Positions 21,193-29,511 of a DNA stretch of 52,643 bases are shown here, piece by piece. The notes under the pieces were generated by a model. That model was not told the DNA's origin. It saw nothing but the letters and a program-made list of their open reading frames with translations, and did not search any database. The stretch is taken from the IMG/VR virus record IMGVR_UViG_3300027816_000067, positions 72,322 to 124,964 of that record; one strand, written 5' to 3'. A program made the position numbers and the translations under genes. This DNA comes from a virus. Taxonomy: Duplodnaviria > Heunggongvirae > Uroviricota > Caudoviricetes > Crassvirales. Each line of letters opens with the position of its first letter. Position 1 is the stretch's first letter.

Positions 21193-21723
21193 TTAAGATG
21201 CACTATCTGTAAATTCGATTTCTGCGTCTGCAGTTACAGTTGCTGTTGCTAATGTAACGTTTACAATAGCAAAACCTTCTGATGTGCCTGACACAGCTGT
21301 TAAAGGTTCTATTGCTGTATCTCCATAACCACTATTCCAAATTTCTCCAAATGGAATAAGAGTTAATAAAGCATCCATATCAAGAGTTGTTACAGTTGCT
21401 TCATCATTTTGCCACAATATTTGACGATAAATATGAGAAGTTGTAATAGTTCTGTTGGTTCCGGCTGTAGTACCAGCATTTAAAGCTGCATAAGCAGAAC
21501 TATGAGGTACAGGTGTAACTCCGGTTCCAGCTGAAGCTGCTGTAATTCGTTGAACACGTACAGTACCTAAACCACCAGTACCAATACCAGTACCGTTGTT
21601 AAGAAAAAACATTCTATAAACTCGAATAAATCGAGTAGATGTGTTAGCATTAAATACATCTAACATATCTTTGTTAGCTGCATATGTAATACCTTGACTT
21701 GTTGCTCTCCAAGTATTTGCCAT
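21193..21723 (-). CDS. Putative virion structural protein (jelly-roll-like)
   Basis: Ala/Thr/Gly-rich beta protein starting MANTWRAT, ending EIEFTDSAS. Confidence 0.45.
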   Translation of the reverse strand: MANTWRATSQGITYAANKDMLDVFNANTSTRFIRVYRMFFLNNGTGIGTGGLGTVRVQRITAASAGTGVTPVPHSSAYAALNAGTTAGTNRTITTSHIYRQILWQNDEATVTTLDMDALLTLIPFGEIWNSGYGDTAIEPLTAVSGTSEGFAIVNVTLATATVTADAEIEFTDSAS

Positions 21724-21724
21724 A

Positions 21725-22012
21725 TTAATATGTTATAATTTTTCCTGTTCCTTTTGTTGATTTAAATAATTCAATGTCTCCTTTATCAGTTTGAACCTGA
21801 TAAATTCTATTACTTCTTGCTGCTTCAATCATTTTTGCAAACTTATCTTTAGTTTCACCAGGAGGTAATGATCTCCATCTTTCTACATTTATTTTTACTA
21901 CAGCGTTACAAATTAATTTTAAATCATGTTGTGATAGAATCTTACCTTTTTCCGGATGTACTACGTAAACACAATCTCTATCTACATCATATCCTGTTGC
22001 TAAATGTTTCAT
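21725..22012 (-). CDS. Hypothetical protein
   Basis: 95-aa ORF in tight operon. Confidence 0.55.
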   Translation of the reverse strand: MKHLATGYDVDRDCVYVVHPEKGKILSQHDLKLICNAVVKINVERWRSLPPGETKDKFAKMIEAARSNRIYQVQTDKGDIELFKSTKGTGKIITY

Positions 22013-22045
22013 AATTTTAATGGTTAAGTTGTAAATATAAGTTAT

Positions 22046-24907
22046 TTAAGAAGTAACTTCAACTACTAACTCAACACCTATATGATTTGCAGCAGTATTA
22101 GAAGAAACTTCTAATTCAAAATAATCGTTTTCTACAACTGTAGTATCCCAACCTGTTAAAGTAAACCCGTTGTTTGTTCTAGAAGCACTTAACGATGGCT
22201 GAACGGAACCAGTTATATCTACTCCATTTTTTCTAACTCTTAAAGTTGCTGTTGTACTCACATCAGCTAAAGCTTTCCATCTCACAATTCTACCAGCATA
22301 AGGAGAAATAATAATAGTTCTTACTTTTGTACCCGTAGTAACTACTCCTGACTCTCCTGCAATGACTGTAATTATCTTCTCATTCTTTAAAGAATAAATA
22401 CTACCGCTAGGACTTCTCCATTGCCAATTTCCTGCATTAATATAAGTAAATATACCTCCAGTTGGGTTTCCTGTAGGTGCAGTTAATACATTTGCAATAT
22501 ATAAACCACGCTCCATTGACTGCCAAGTCACGGATGTTGTTAACAATCCTATGTTCCCATCTAATCCACTTCCTGCTTTATTACCGTAACTTAAATAAAG
22601 ATCTCCACCATTATTATTTCCGCTTTGAGCATTTCCAGAACGAATTGTAAGATTTTGCCCAACCGCTAGATTACTAGAAGAGTAAATTTCTCTATTGGCG
22701 CTTAAAATAATCCCTGTAAAAGAATTAAGTGATCCTCCGCTTATCAAAACTAATTTAGAGACAGTGTTGAAAAATAACCAGTTATTAATAACAACTTGAT
22801 TTTCCGAATTTAAATGTAGGTTAGCATTAAATAAATTATTACTTGCAGAAATAGTTCTATCACCAGCAAAGGTAGAATCTCCCAATTTTAAGGTTGTAGT
22901 TTGTAATCCTATTGATGCTCCTCCTTTTGGGGAAAGCAATAACGGCACCGCTCCAGCGCTACCATCAGTTACTATTGATCTTGTAGAGCCTGCAACAAGT
23001 GTATTATCTCCTAAAGTAATATCTCCATTGGCAGCACTAAATAATTTTCTACCAATGGCATTAGTGCCATTACTTACCATTAGTTCGTTACTTACTGCAC
23101 TGTTGGTTATTCCACCACCTGCACCTAACCCAACCCAAGCACCATTCTGTCTAAACCTGAATGTGTTAGATGTGGTGTTATACATGATCAACCCATTAAC
23201 CGGACTTGAATCATCTACTGTGTTAGTGCCTACTACAAGAGAGCCATTATTACCTGTTGCAAAAGTTTGGCGGCCAGTAAACGTTTTGGCACTAAGAACG
23301 TAACCTCTATCGACTAAACTTCTGTCGGTGTAGTTAGCTGAATAATCATTTCCATATTTTAACCCTCCCTGTCCAACGTTACCGGCTTCTCCAAAAAAAA
23401 CTTCTTCAACCGCTTCCTGGTTAAACACTCGGAACCTTCCTCCTCCTCCCAAACCATCCCCCGCATTAAAAGTAATTTCGTAGCCACTATAGTCGATAGA
23501 CGTGTTAGAATTAAGACTACCCGTCAACCACCCATTCAAATCACTTCTGCTCGCAGTCTCCTGCCATACTGTACCGTTATGCCAGTTAGGTCTATTACTT
23601 GTTGTTGAATGTATTTGTAAACCACTATAAGGACTTCCAATAGCATTACGTTGGGTATCTGTCATTCGCGGCAAAGCGAAACCCTGTGTGGTGGATTGGA
23701 TGTCGAGAATGGTATTGGCATTGGTTAGCGAAGTGCCTCCGATCAACATAGAGCCTGAAGTATTTCGCCATGCGATGTGAGTTGCGCCTGTAAGAGACGT
23801 CAGTGTTGGGTTATAGTCAATGCCGTTGATTGTCCCGCTGTAGCTTGCTGTAGTATTATAGGTTGGATTCAGCTGCAAATGCGTATGCGTATTCGTACCG
23901 GAATTTCTTGTAAATCCTCCTTTGGTGCGGATAAATACACCTGAGTTGACTCCACCTATATTTGTGTCAGAAGTCGTCTCCCGTATCTCCATCGCAGCAC
24001 CACCAGTAGGTATTGATGAAAGATCAAAGCGAAATGGATTTGTTGCCCCCGCAATAGAATTTATTTGGCCCACATTAATATTTGATCCACCTCCTCCGCC
24101 AATAAGTGACGACCAGCCTTGATAAGAACTTCCTATCCATGTATGCGTTGTAGCCGTTGTTGTTAAATTCAATGTACCTTCATCGTTTAGTGTTAATCGT
24201 GTTACGTTGGCGCTATTAGCCACGCGCAAACCAAAGGTCGAAGATGTAGTACCCGTACCACGGACGTCCAGCCTTGTGTTGTCTGTAATAGTGGCACCCG
24301 TGGGCCCAACCAGCAAATTCCCGTTCAGTAGATTCACATTGTTTGCGCCCAAGGCATTAGTTCCTATCGCCAGCAACGTGCCGCTGAAATCGGGCAGCGT
24401 ATAAGTACGATCGGCTGTTATGCCAGTTGCGTCAAAAGTGCGTATGAACGAACTTCCACCTGTGCCTAACCTCCAGTTCAATCGTCCGCTATTATCTGCC
24501 CAAAGCGTTGTTCGGCTTGCGGCACCCGTTGGGTTGGCGCTCTGCCAATCCATCTGCAAAAAGCCAGCGCCAGCAGTGCCGTTCACACGCAGTGATTGCA
24601 AAGTTTCAGCACCGGTAATTCCATACCCGCTAAGAGTGGTGGGGGTGCCAGTGATCTTGCTCCAAGCTAAAGAATTTAACCAAGAAGGATTGGAGTAGCT
24701 ACCAGAAAGAAGGGGAAACAAATTCTGCCACTGAGATATACTCATCTTTCTGTTAGCCCCTCCTTGTACCACAGGCACTAACTCCGTACCAGTTGGGTCA
24801 GTGGCTGCTGGCATGTCGCTTATTTTAACGCTTTGCGCACTTGCCGCAAGCGCAACAAGTAGCAAAATCAGCGCAGCGATTAAGATGGATAGTAATTCAC
24901 GTTTCAT
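22046..24907 (-). CDS. Mosaic tail fibre/spike protein with N-terminal signal peptide (953 aa)
   Basis: Gly/Thr/Asn-rich. KISDMPAATDPTGTELVPVVQGG fibre-anchor-like motif, WLNSLAWSKITGTP repeat motif, LDIQSTTQGFALPRMT..QRNAI Bacteroidota motif. GC content falls from the N- to the C-terminal part. Confidence 0.8.
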   Translation of the reverse strand: MKRELLSILIAALILLLVALAASAQSVKISDMPAATDPTGTELVPVVQGGANRKMSISQWQNLFPLLSGSYSNPSWLNSLAWSKITGTPTTLSGYGITGAETLQSLRVNGTAGAGFLQMDWQSANPTGAASRTTLWADNSGRLNWRLGTGGSSFIRTFDATGITADRTYTLPDFSGTLLAIGTNALGANNVNLLNGNLLVGPTGATITDNTRLDVRGTGTTSSTFGLRVANSANVTRLTLNDEGTLNLTTTATTHTWIGSSYQGWSSLIGGGGGSNINVGQINSIAGATNPFRFDLSSIPTGGAAMEIRETTSDTNIGGVNSGVFIRTKGGFTRNSGTNTHTHLQLNPTYNTTASYSGTINGIDYNPTLTSLTGATHIAWRNTSGSMLIGGTSLTNANTILDIQSTTQGFALPRMTDTQRNAIGSPYSGLQIHSTTSNRPNWHNGTVWQETASRSDLNGWLTGSLNSNTSIDYSGYEITFNAGDGLGGGGRFRVFNQEAVEEVFFGEAGNVGQGGLKYGNDYSANYTDRSLVDRGYVLSAKTFTGRQTFATGNNGSLVVGTNTVDDSSPVNGLIMYNTTSNTFRFRQNGAWVGLGAGGGITNSAVSNELMVSNGTNAIGRKLFSAANGDITLGDNTLVAGSTRSIVTDGSAGAVPLLLSPKGGASIGLQTTTLKLGDSTFAGDRTISASNNLFNANLHLNSENQVVINNWLFFNTVSKLVLISGGSLNSFTGIILSANREIYSSSNLAVGQNLTIRSGNAQSGNNNGGDLYLSYGNKAGSGLDGNIGLLTTSVTWQSMERGLYIANVLTAPTGNPTGGIFTYINAGNWQWRSPSGSIYSLKNEKIITVIAGESGVVTTGTKVRTIIISPYAGRIVRWKALADVSTTATLRVRKNGVDITGSVQPSLSASRTNNGFTLTGWDTTVVENDYFELEVSSNTAANHIGVELVVEVTS

Positions 24908-25173
24908 TCCGTTTCTGTTTTTTTGCTTACGATTTTTTCAGCACGGTTAAAAATTTTGTCGAAATAATTCTCGTTCATAAACAAAAGAAACAGGCCTAAA
25001 ATTAAAGGCCAAAGAGGTGTGTGCCAGTCGTAAGGTATCTCTGTTTTTAGTTCAAAGAACGCTGGCAGAATATATTTGATCGCGTACATAGTCGCGGATA
25101 TGGACATGAACACGGCTCCCAACATTGTAGTTACAGGGTTTCTTTTTGGGTTTGCATTTTCGATTAAGCTCAT
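24904..25173 (-). CDS. Holin-like 2-TM protein
   Basis: 89 aa, two hydrophobic helices, charged C-terminus. Confidence 0.5.
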   Translation of the reverse strand: MSLIENANPKRNPVTTMLGAVFMSISATMYAIKYILPAFFELKTEIPYDWHTPLWPLILGLFLLFMNENYFDKIFNRAEKIVSKKTETE

Positions 25174-25189
25174 ATAGATTTTGTTTTTA

Positions 25190-25645
25190 TTACTCTACTA
25201 AAATGTTTCCAGTGCCATCTTCAAGGCCAATAGGCGTTGTACCGTCTTCCATCAATATAAAGCCTTCCTCCGCCGAAGGTGGCGGCACAAAGATAAAAGG
25301 TATTCCGCGTCTGTAATACTTTTCTGTGCTTTGCACTCCATCAAACGCGCAAACGTAAAAGAAAAGCCCCTCAGATAAATCCTGTTCGGCCACACTTGCC
25401 GATGTTCCTTTACCTCTGTAAACAACTTGAAAGCGCGGGTTATCGTCTGCCTTTGAGTATGTAATGCCGTCAAGGGGAAAGAAATCAAACGGCTTTTTAC
25501 TGGCAACAACTAGCGACTGTTCTCCGTTGCCTTTTGTCCATGACAAAGTTTGAGTGCCTGAGTTGTATAGCACGTTGGTATCCTGCACGGTAGGGGTTAT
25601 CTCCGCGTGATTGGTTACCTGGCCATATATGTTTCCATTTCTCAA
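25190..25645 (-). CDS. Tail-associated protein with FN3/Ig-like domain
   Basis: LSWTKGNG...VVYRGKGTS...FFYVCAF pattern; C-terminal ILMEDG..IGLEDG motif typical of tail-tip proteins. Confidence 0.55.
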   Translation of the reverse strand: MRNGNIYGQVTNHAEITPTVQDTNVLYNSGTQTLSWTKGNGEQSLVVASKKPFDFFPLDGITYSKADDNPRFQVVYRGKGTSASVAEQDLSEGLFFYVCAFDGVQSTEKYYRRGIPFIFVPPPSAEEGFILMEDGTTPIGLEDGTGNILVE

Positions 25646-26088
25646 AGCAAGTTTAAATAATTTTCGTCCTTCAAAGTTAAGAAAACTGCACCAGTAAAAA
25701 ACGGGTACTTATCCGATAGCTTTTCCATCTCGTAATTTTCCTCTTTCAACCAACTTTGGTTTTGAATGAAAATCGAATTGTGCTGCAAGGCAAGTTTTAG
25801 TTTTTTGTGCTCGTAAGGCGGCATAGGTTCAACCTCCAAATGTCGCTGTGTTTTAGTCGTGCTCGAAAGTTTGTCAATACTTCCGCTGCCATCCTCCACG
25901 CTTTCGTTTTCTTCGGGGTATCGCTCCTCGTAAAATCGGGCAAAAATCCGGTGATTGAAAGCGGGCGAACCCGAATTGTAAATAATCCCGGCAAAGTCTG
26001 AATCGTTCGATACCGTTACCAATAGCGAATCCTCGTGCAAATCGCGCACGTTTTGAAGATCAGACCGAGCGATAACGACCTTTGCCAT
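25642..26088 (-). CDS. Siphovirus tail-tip protein (possibly C-terminal half of a split gene)
   Basis: MPPYEHKKLKLALQH motif recalled from Bacteroidota siphovirus tail genes; position. Confidence 0.5.
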   Translation of the reverse strand: MAKVVIARSDLQNVRDLHEDSLLVTVSNDSDFAGIIYNSGSPAFNHRIFARFYEERYPEENESVEDGSGSIDKLSSTTKTQRHLEVEPMPPYEHKKLKLALQHNSIFIQNQSWLKEENYEMEKLSDKYPFFTGAVFLTLKDENYLNLL

Positions 26089-26092
26089 ACGG

Positions 26093-26482
26093 TTAAGCCT
26101 GTACGGTTATGGTGCAACCGGTAATGTTTACGGCTGCCCCGGACGTGATTGCATCGTCATCTATAATCAAATCCGCTCCTGATTCTGCTACGGACATATC
26201 CATCACGATTAACCCGGATGAGCTTATGAAGCGGGCATATCCAGCCGTGCCGGTACCTGATGCCAGGCCTAACCAGGTTCCATTTTTTGAAATCACGCCA
26301 CCGCTGGCCGCAGTAAATGGACTTGCCGGTAGCGTAATCGTGCAAAGCAACGTGCCGGAAGCAGCATCGTTTGCCGAAGCTGGCTGAGTTCCGGTTCGAA
26401 TTTGGACAGTGCCGTTAGCAAACAGTCCGGCCTTATGGTTTGCGATTGAGTTGCGGTAGTTCGTGTTTTTTCTGTACGCCAT
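26093..26482 (-). CDS. Small virion structural protein
   Basis: IRTGTQPASANDAASGTLL...GTGTAGYARF pattern of a widespread phage structural family. Confidence 0.55.
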   Translation of the reverse strand: MAYRKNTNYRNSIANHKAGLFANGTVQIRTGTQPASANDAASGTLLCTITLPASPFTAASGGVISKNGTWLGLASGTGTAGYARFISSSGLIVMDMSVAESGADLIIDDDAITSGAAVNITGCTITVQA

Positions 26483-26505
26483 AAATTGTTTATTTAACTT
26501 TTTTT

Positions 26506-27336
26506 TTACTCTTCTATTGGAACACTCCGTTCATAAATTTCTATTGCTAAGTCATCCGTAGGCAGAAGCTCAGTGTAGTTGTAAATGATTTCCGACATGT
26601 TGTCGCCTATGTTGAATACATGGGTGTGCACAGCAGTTCCGTTTTTGTAGAATTTCACCAAACCGACATCTTGAGCAATGCCGCCATTTGATGTTTTCTG
26701 CGCCCGGCCAGTTACGTTGCCAGTGCCATCGCTTTGCAAAATACCGCTTTCGGTATCGCTTAATCCTAAGCTGGTATCTAAACTAAATGATTTAATTTCC
26801 AGGGTGTTTGTAAATCGTGACTCCCAGAATAGGAAGCTAGTAAATCCAAACAAGCTGCCAACGATGTCGTAAGGGATGGCATTAACGATAGTTCCGGCCA
26901 CGGCTTCCACTGGATCGTTTACGCCACCTGAAATATTGAATGCCGTCACGGTGTTGGTTATGGTTCCGGATACCGCTTCAATTGGGTCAACCACCCCACC
27001 GTTAATATCAAAGAACGACAGCACAATTTGAGCCCGGACGTAGGCGTTATCTACTCCAATGTCCGTCCAACGGAAACCCGTATCAAAAACGTAGATACCA
27101 TTTACAAATGATTTAGTAAAGGCCCGTGTGTGCAGCACCGTTCCGGCCTTGTCTAAAATTTCAAGCTGATAATTGAAATCGCTTGTGTCGTAAAACTGCA
27201 ATGCGATTTCATCTTCAGCGTTCCACTTTTTAAAGTAACACGCATGATCTACACCGGGCTCCGGCTTTTCGTTGTAAGTGGGAACGCCAAGCGGCCAAAA
27301 CTGAATCGGTATTGCATTTGAGATATTTATGCTCAT
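26506..27336 (-). CDS. Tail protein with internal 24-aa tandem repeat
   Basis: FDINGGVVDPIEAVSGTITNTVTA / FNISGGVNDPVEAVAGTIVNAIPY (72-nt period, ~26870-27012). Confidence 0.55.
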   Translation of the reverse strand: MSINISNAIPIQFWPLGVPTYNEKPEPGVDHACYFKKWNAEDEIALQFYDTSDFNYQLEILDKAGTVLHTRAFTKSFVNGIYVFDTGFRWTDIGVDNAYVRAQIVLSFFDINGGVVDPIEAVSGTITNTVTAFNISGGVNDPVEAVAGTIVNAIPYDIVGSLFGFTSFLFWESRFTNTLEIKSFSLDTSLGLSDTESGILQSDGTGNVTGRAQKTSNGGIAQDVGLVKFYKNGTAVHTHVFNIGDNMSEIIYNYTELLPTDDLAIEIYERSVPIEE

Positions 27337-27366
27337 GGCTCTACGTCAGTTACAGTAATATAATTC

Positions 27367-29511
27367 TCATAGTTCTTCATTGTTTCTCTGAATTAGGAGC
27401 ATGTTCGCCTTGCTTTTGAATACTGAATAGTCTAAATCTAATAGATAACAGGGAATAAATCCAGTACTTCCTCTACTAATTCCCACTGCGTTATTCTTAT
27501 TTTCATTCAGCAACTTGTACGTTTCCCAGCTCATTTCATAATTACCGACTTCCACCAAGTAAGGGTACCAAAGCCTTGGTGAACCCGTAGATGAGTAGTT
27601 TGACCGCTCATTTATTAATTCGTCAGGATTGGTAGTAGCTTCATAATCAGTAGGACGTAATCTAGTTTGAGCTAAGTTATTTCCCTCTCCTCTTCCAAAC
27701 ATGTACAACAACCCATCATAGTTGAATAAATTCCTCCACCGTTTAAAGACCCTCATCACAGTGTGGCGAAGATTGGCTCTTGCAGAGGAGTTTAAAATTC
27801 CAGTTATTGAAGCAAAGTTTTCCGCAAACTCAAGTTGCCAATTACTTCCATCCGGAATAACAGACACCAGCATCATGTCCTCATCCAATCGGTCATCCTT
27901 GCCAAACTCTAGTTTGTTCCTCCTGCTCCGCTCAATAGCCAGCCCAGCAGTTATAAAGGAACTTAAAATTTTCAAGTCTTCCCCAAAGGTAGCCGCCTGT
28001 ACATTTCGGGTCTGCTTTGTCTGAGGGTCATCAATACCTGAACTACTTTCAGCACTCCATTTCTGATAACCAATCTCCACACTATTTATAAACCTCTCTG
28101 CATCAAACCTTCGTACTATGTTTCGACAATCTGGAAAATTAACAATAACAGTAGGATTGAAAGCGTATGCCTTATCCTCAATGTAAATTTTGTCTTCACC
28201 TAAAACCTTAGTGTACCCTAAACAAAGATTGAACATCGGGTCAGCTCCTTTCCACCACTCGTCAAATGACATTGAAATCTCCTTGGTGGCGAAGTCATAA
28301 CCACGATTGTGTTTGCCTCTAAAAATTGCGTTCCTATTAAAGGTAGCGTTGCTGAATTTAGTTGATACTAGGGGAGAGTTATTGGAAGTGTACTTACGCA
28401 GTATATTATCCGCAGCATCTTTTATAAGGAATGCATCCGTGGAGGAATCTGGAAATGAGCTGTTAGTCTGAGCATATAAACGGTTTGTGCTAGCAACATC
28501 AAAATGAACTCTGTTGGTACTACCAAATGCCTCAAGATTCGAAGTCACACGGATATAAAAATAAAATTCATCTCCTGCTGAACAGTCGGTAAATGTAGGA
28601 TTGAATGAAGGTTGAAGCGCTCCGAAATTCAACCACCCACTATCATAAGGAACATTAGTCAAAACAGTATGTGGCAAAAATACTGTAGTGTGGATATCCA
28701 AGACCCCAGTTTCTATTTTTCTACGAACAATAAAAATATCAGCAGATATTGTGTCAAAGTTTTGGGGGTCTCCGACAGTAATCTTCATTCGCATTTCATT
28801 GGAGAACACCCAATCTCCTGTACTTCTGGAATTAAGTTTTAGGAAAAATAGTCTATCTGTTGTAGGAAGATTGTTACTAACTTGGTCTTCAATACCAAAA
28901 AACTCTCCAACATCATCATTTAGTTGATTGGCTGAGAGAGCAGGGATAAAATACTTAGTAGTGTTGCCTGTGTAAGTTGCCCCAAAAAAAGGAGTTGCTG
29001 AATCCCTATCTGCACGAATCTGCTTCAGCAACAGTTGACTTCGCATTTTAACAATAGTTTTCGGAACTACTGTTACAGTGCCTCCACCTACAGCTCCAGT
29101 AGATAGAAGATCAACAGGCTTCTTTATTTGGTTTATGAACTTACTCCAAAAATCATCTCGAATAACAGGTGCTACAATTTTATACTCCTGGTCTCCGGCT
29201 GAAAGTTCCTCCATCTGAATAAGTCGAATGGTTCCGGTATATAAAGTTTCCCACACCCCCTCTTCAAAAGAAATCTCGAATCTTACTCCAATTACAGTAC
29301 TGGGGCCAAATGAGTTCCTAATAGTTCTAAGAGTTTCAAAGGCCGAACCGTACCACATGAAGTTGCCTTTGAAGTGTTCAATTAGCGTGTGGTATTCCTC
29401 ATGCCGCTCAAGGGACAGAGTAATATCCTTCCACCCAGCAGGGTTGGTTACAATTTGCTGTCCTCCAGAAATACTTGGATGGATGAAGTAGGTTCTGAAT
29501 GCCGGAGTCAT
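27367..29511 (-). CDS. Distal tail / baseplate hub protein (714 aa)
   Basis: Directly downstream of tape measure; NPAGWKDITLSLER N-terminus and SVEIGYQKW...DDP pattern. Confidence 0.65.
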   Translation of the reverse strand: MTPAFRTYFIHPSISGGQQIVTNPAGWKDITLSLERHEEYHTLIEHFKGNFMWYGSAFETLRTIRNSFGPSTVIGVRFEISFEEGVWETLYTGTIRLIQMEELSAGDQEYKIVAPVIRDDFWSKFINQIKKPVDLLSTGAVGGGTVTVVPKTIVKMRSQLLLKQIRADRDSATPFFGATYTGNTTKYFIPALSANQLNDDVGEFFGIEDQVSNNLPTTDRLFFLKLNSRSTGDWVFSNEMRMKITVGDPQNFDTISADIFIVRRKIETGVLDIHTTVFLPHTVLTNVPYDSGWLNFGALQPSFNPTFTDCSAGDEFYFYIRVTSNLEAFGSTNRVHFDVASTNRLYAQTNSSFPDSSTDAFLIKDAADNILRKYTSNNSPLVSTKFSNATFNRNAIFRGKHNRGYDFATKEISMSFDEWWKGADPMFNLCLGYTKVLGEDKIYIEDKAYAFNPTVIVNFPDCRNIVRRFDAERFINSVEIGYQKWSAESSSGIDDPQTKQTRNVQAATFGEDLKILSSFITAGLAIERSRRNKLEFGKDDRLDEDMMLVSVIPDGSNWQLEFAENFASITGILNSSARANLRHTVMRVFKRWRNLFNYDGLLYMFGRGEGNNLAQTRLRPTDYEATTNPDELINERSNYSSTGSPRLWYPYLVEVGNYEMSWETYKLLNENKNNAVGISRGSTGFIPCYLLDLDYSVFKSKANMLLIQRNNEEL

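Noticed and set aside
1-22012. Stop-codon reassignment as in some crAss-like phages
   Set aside because: Genes are long, contiguous and tightly packed under the standard code.
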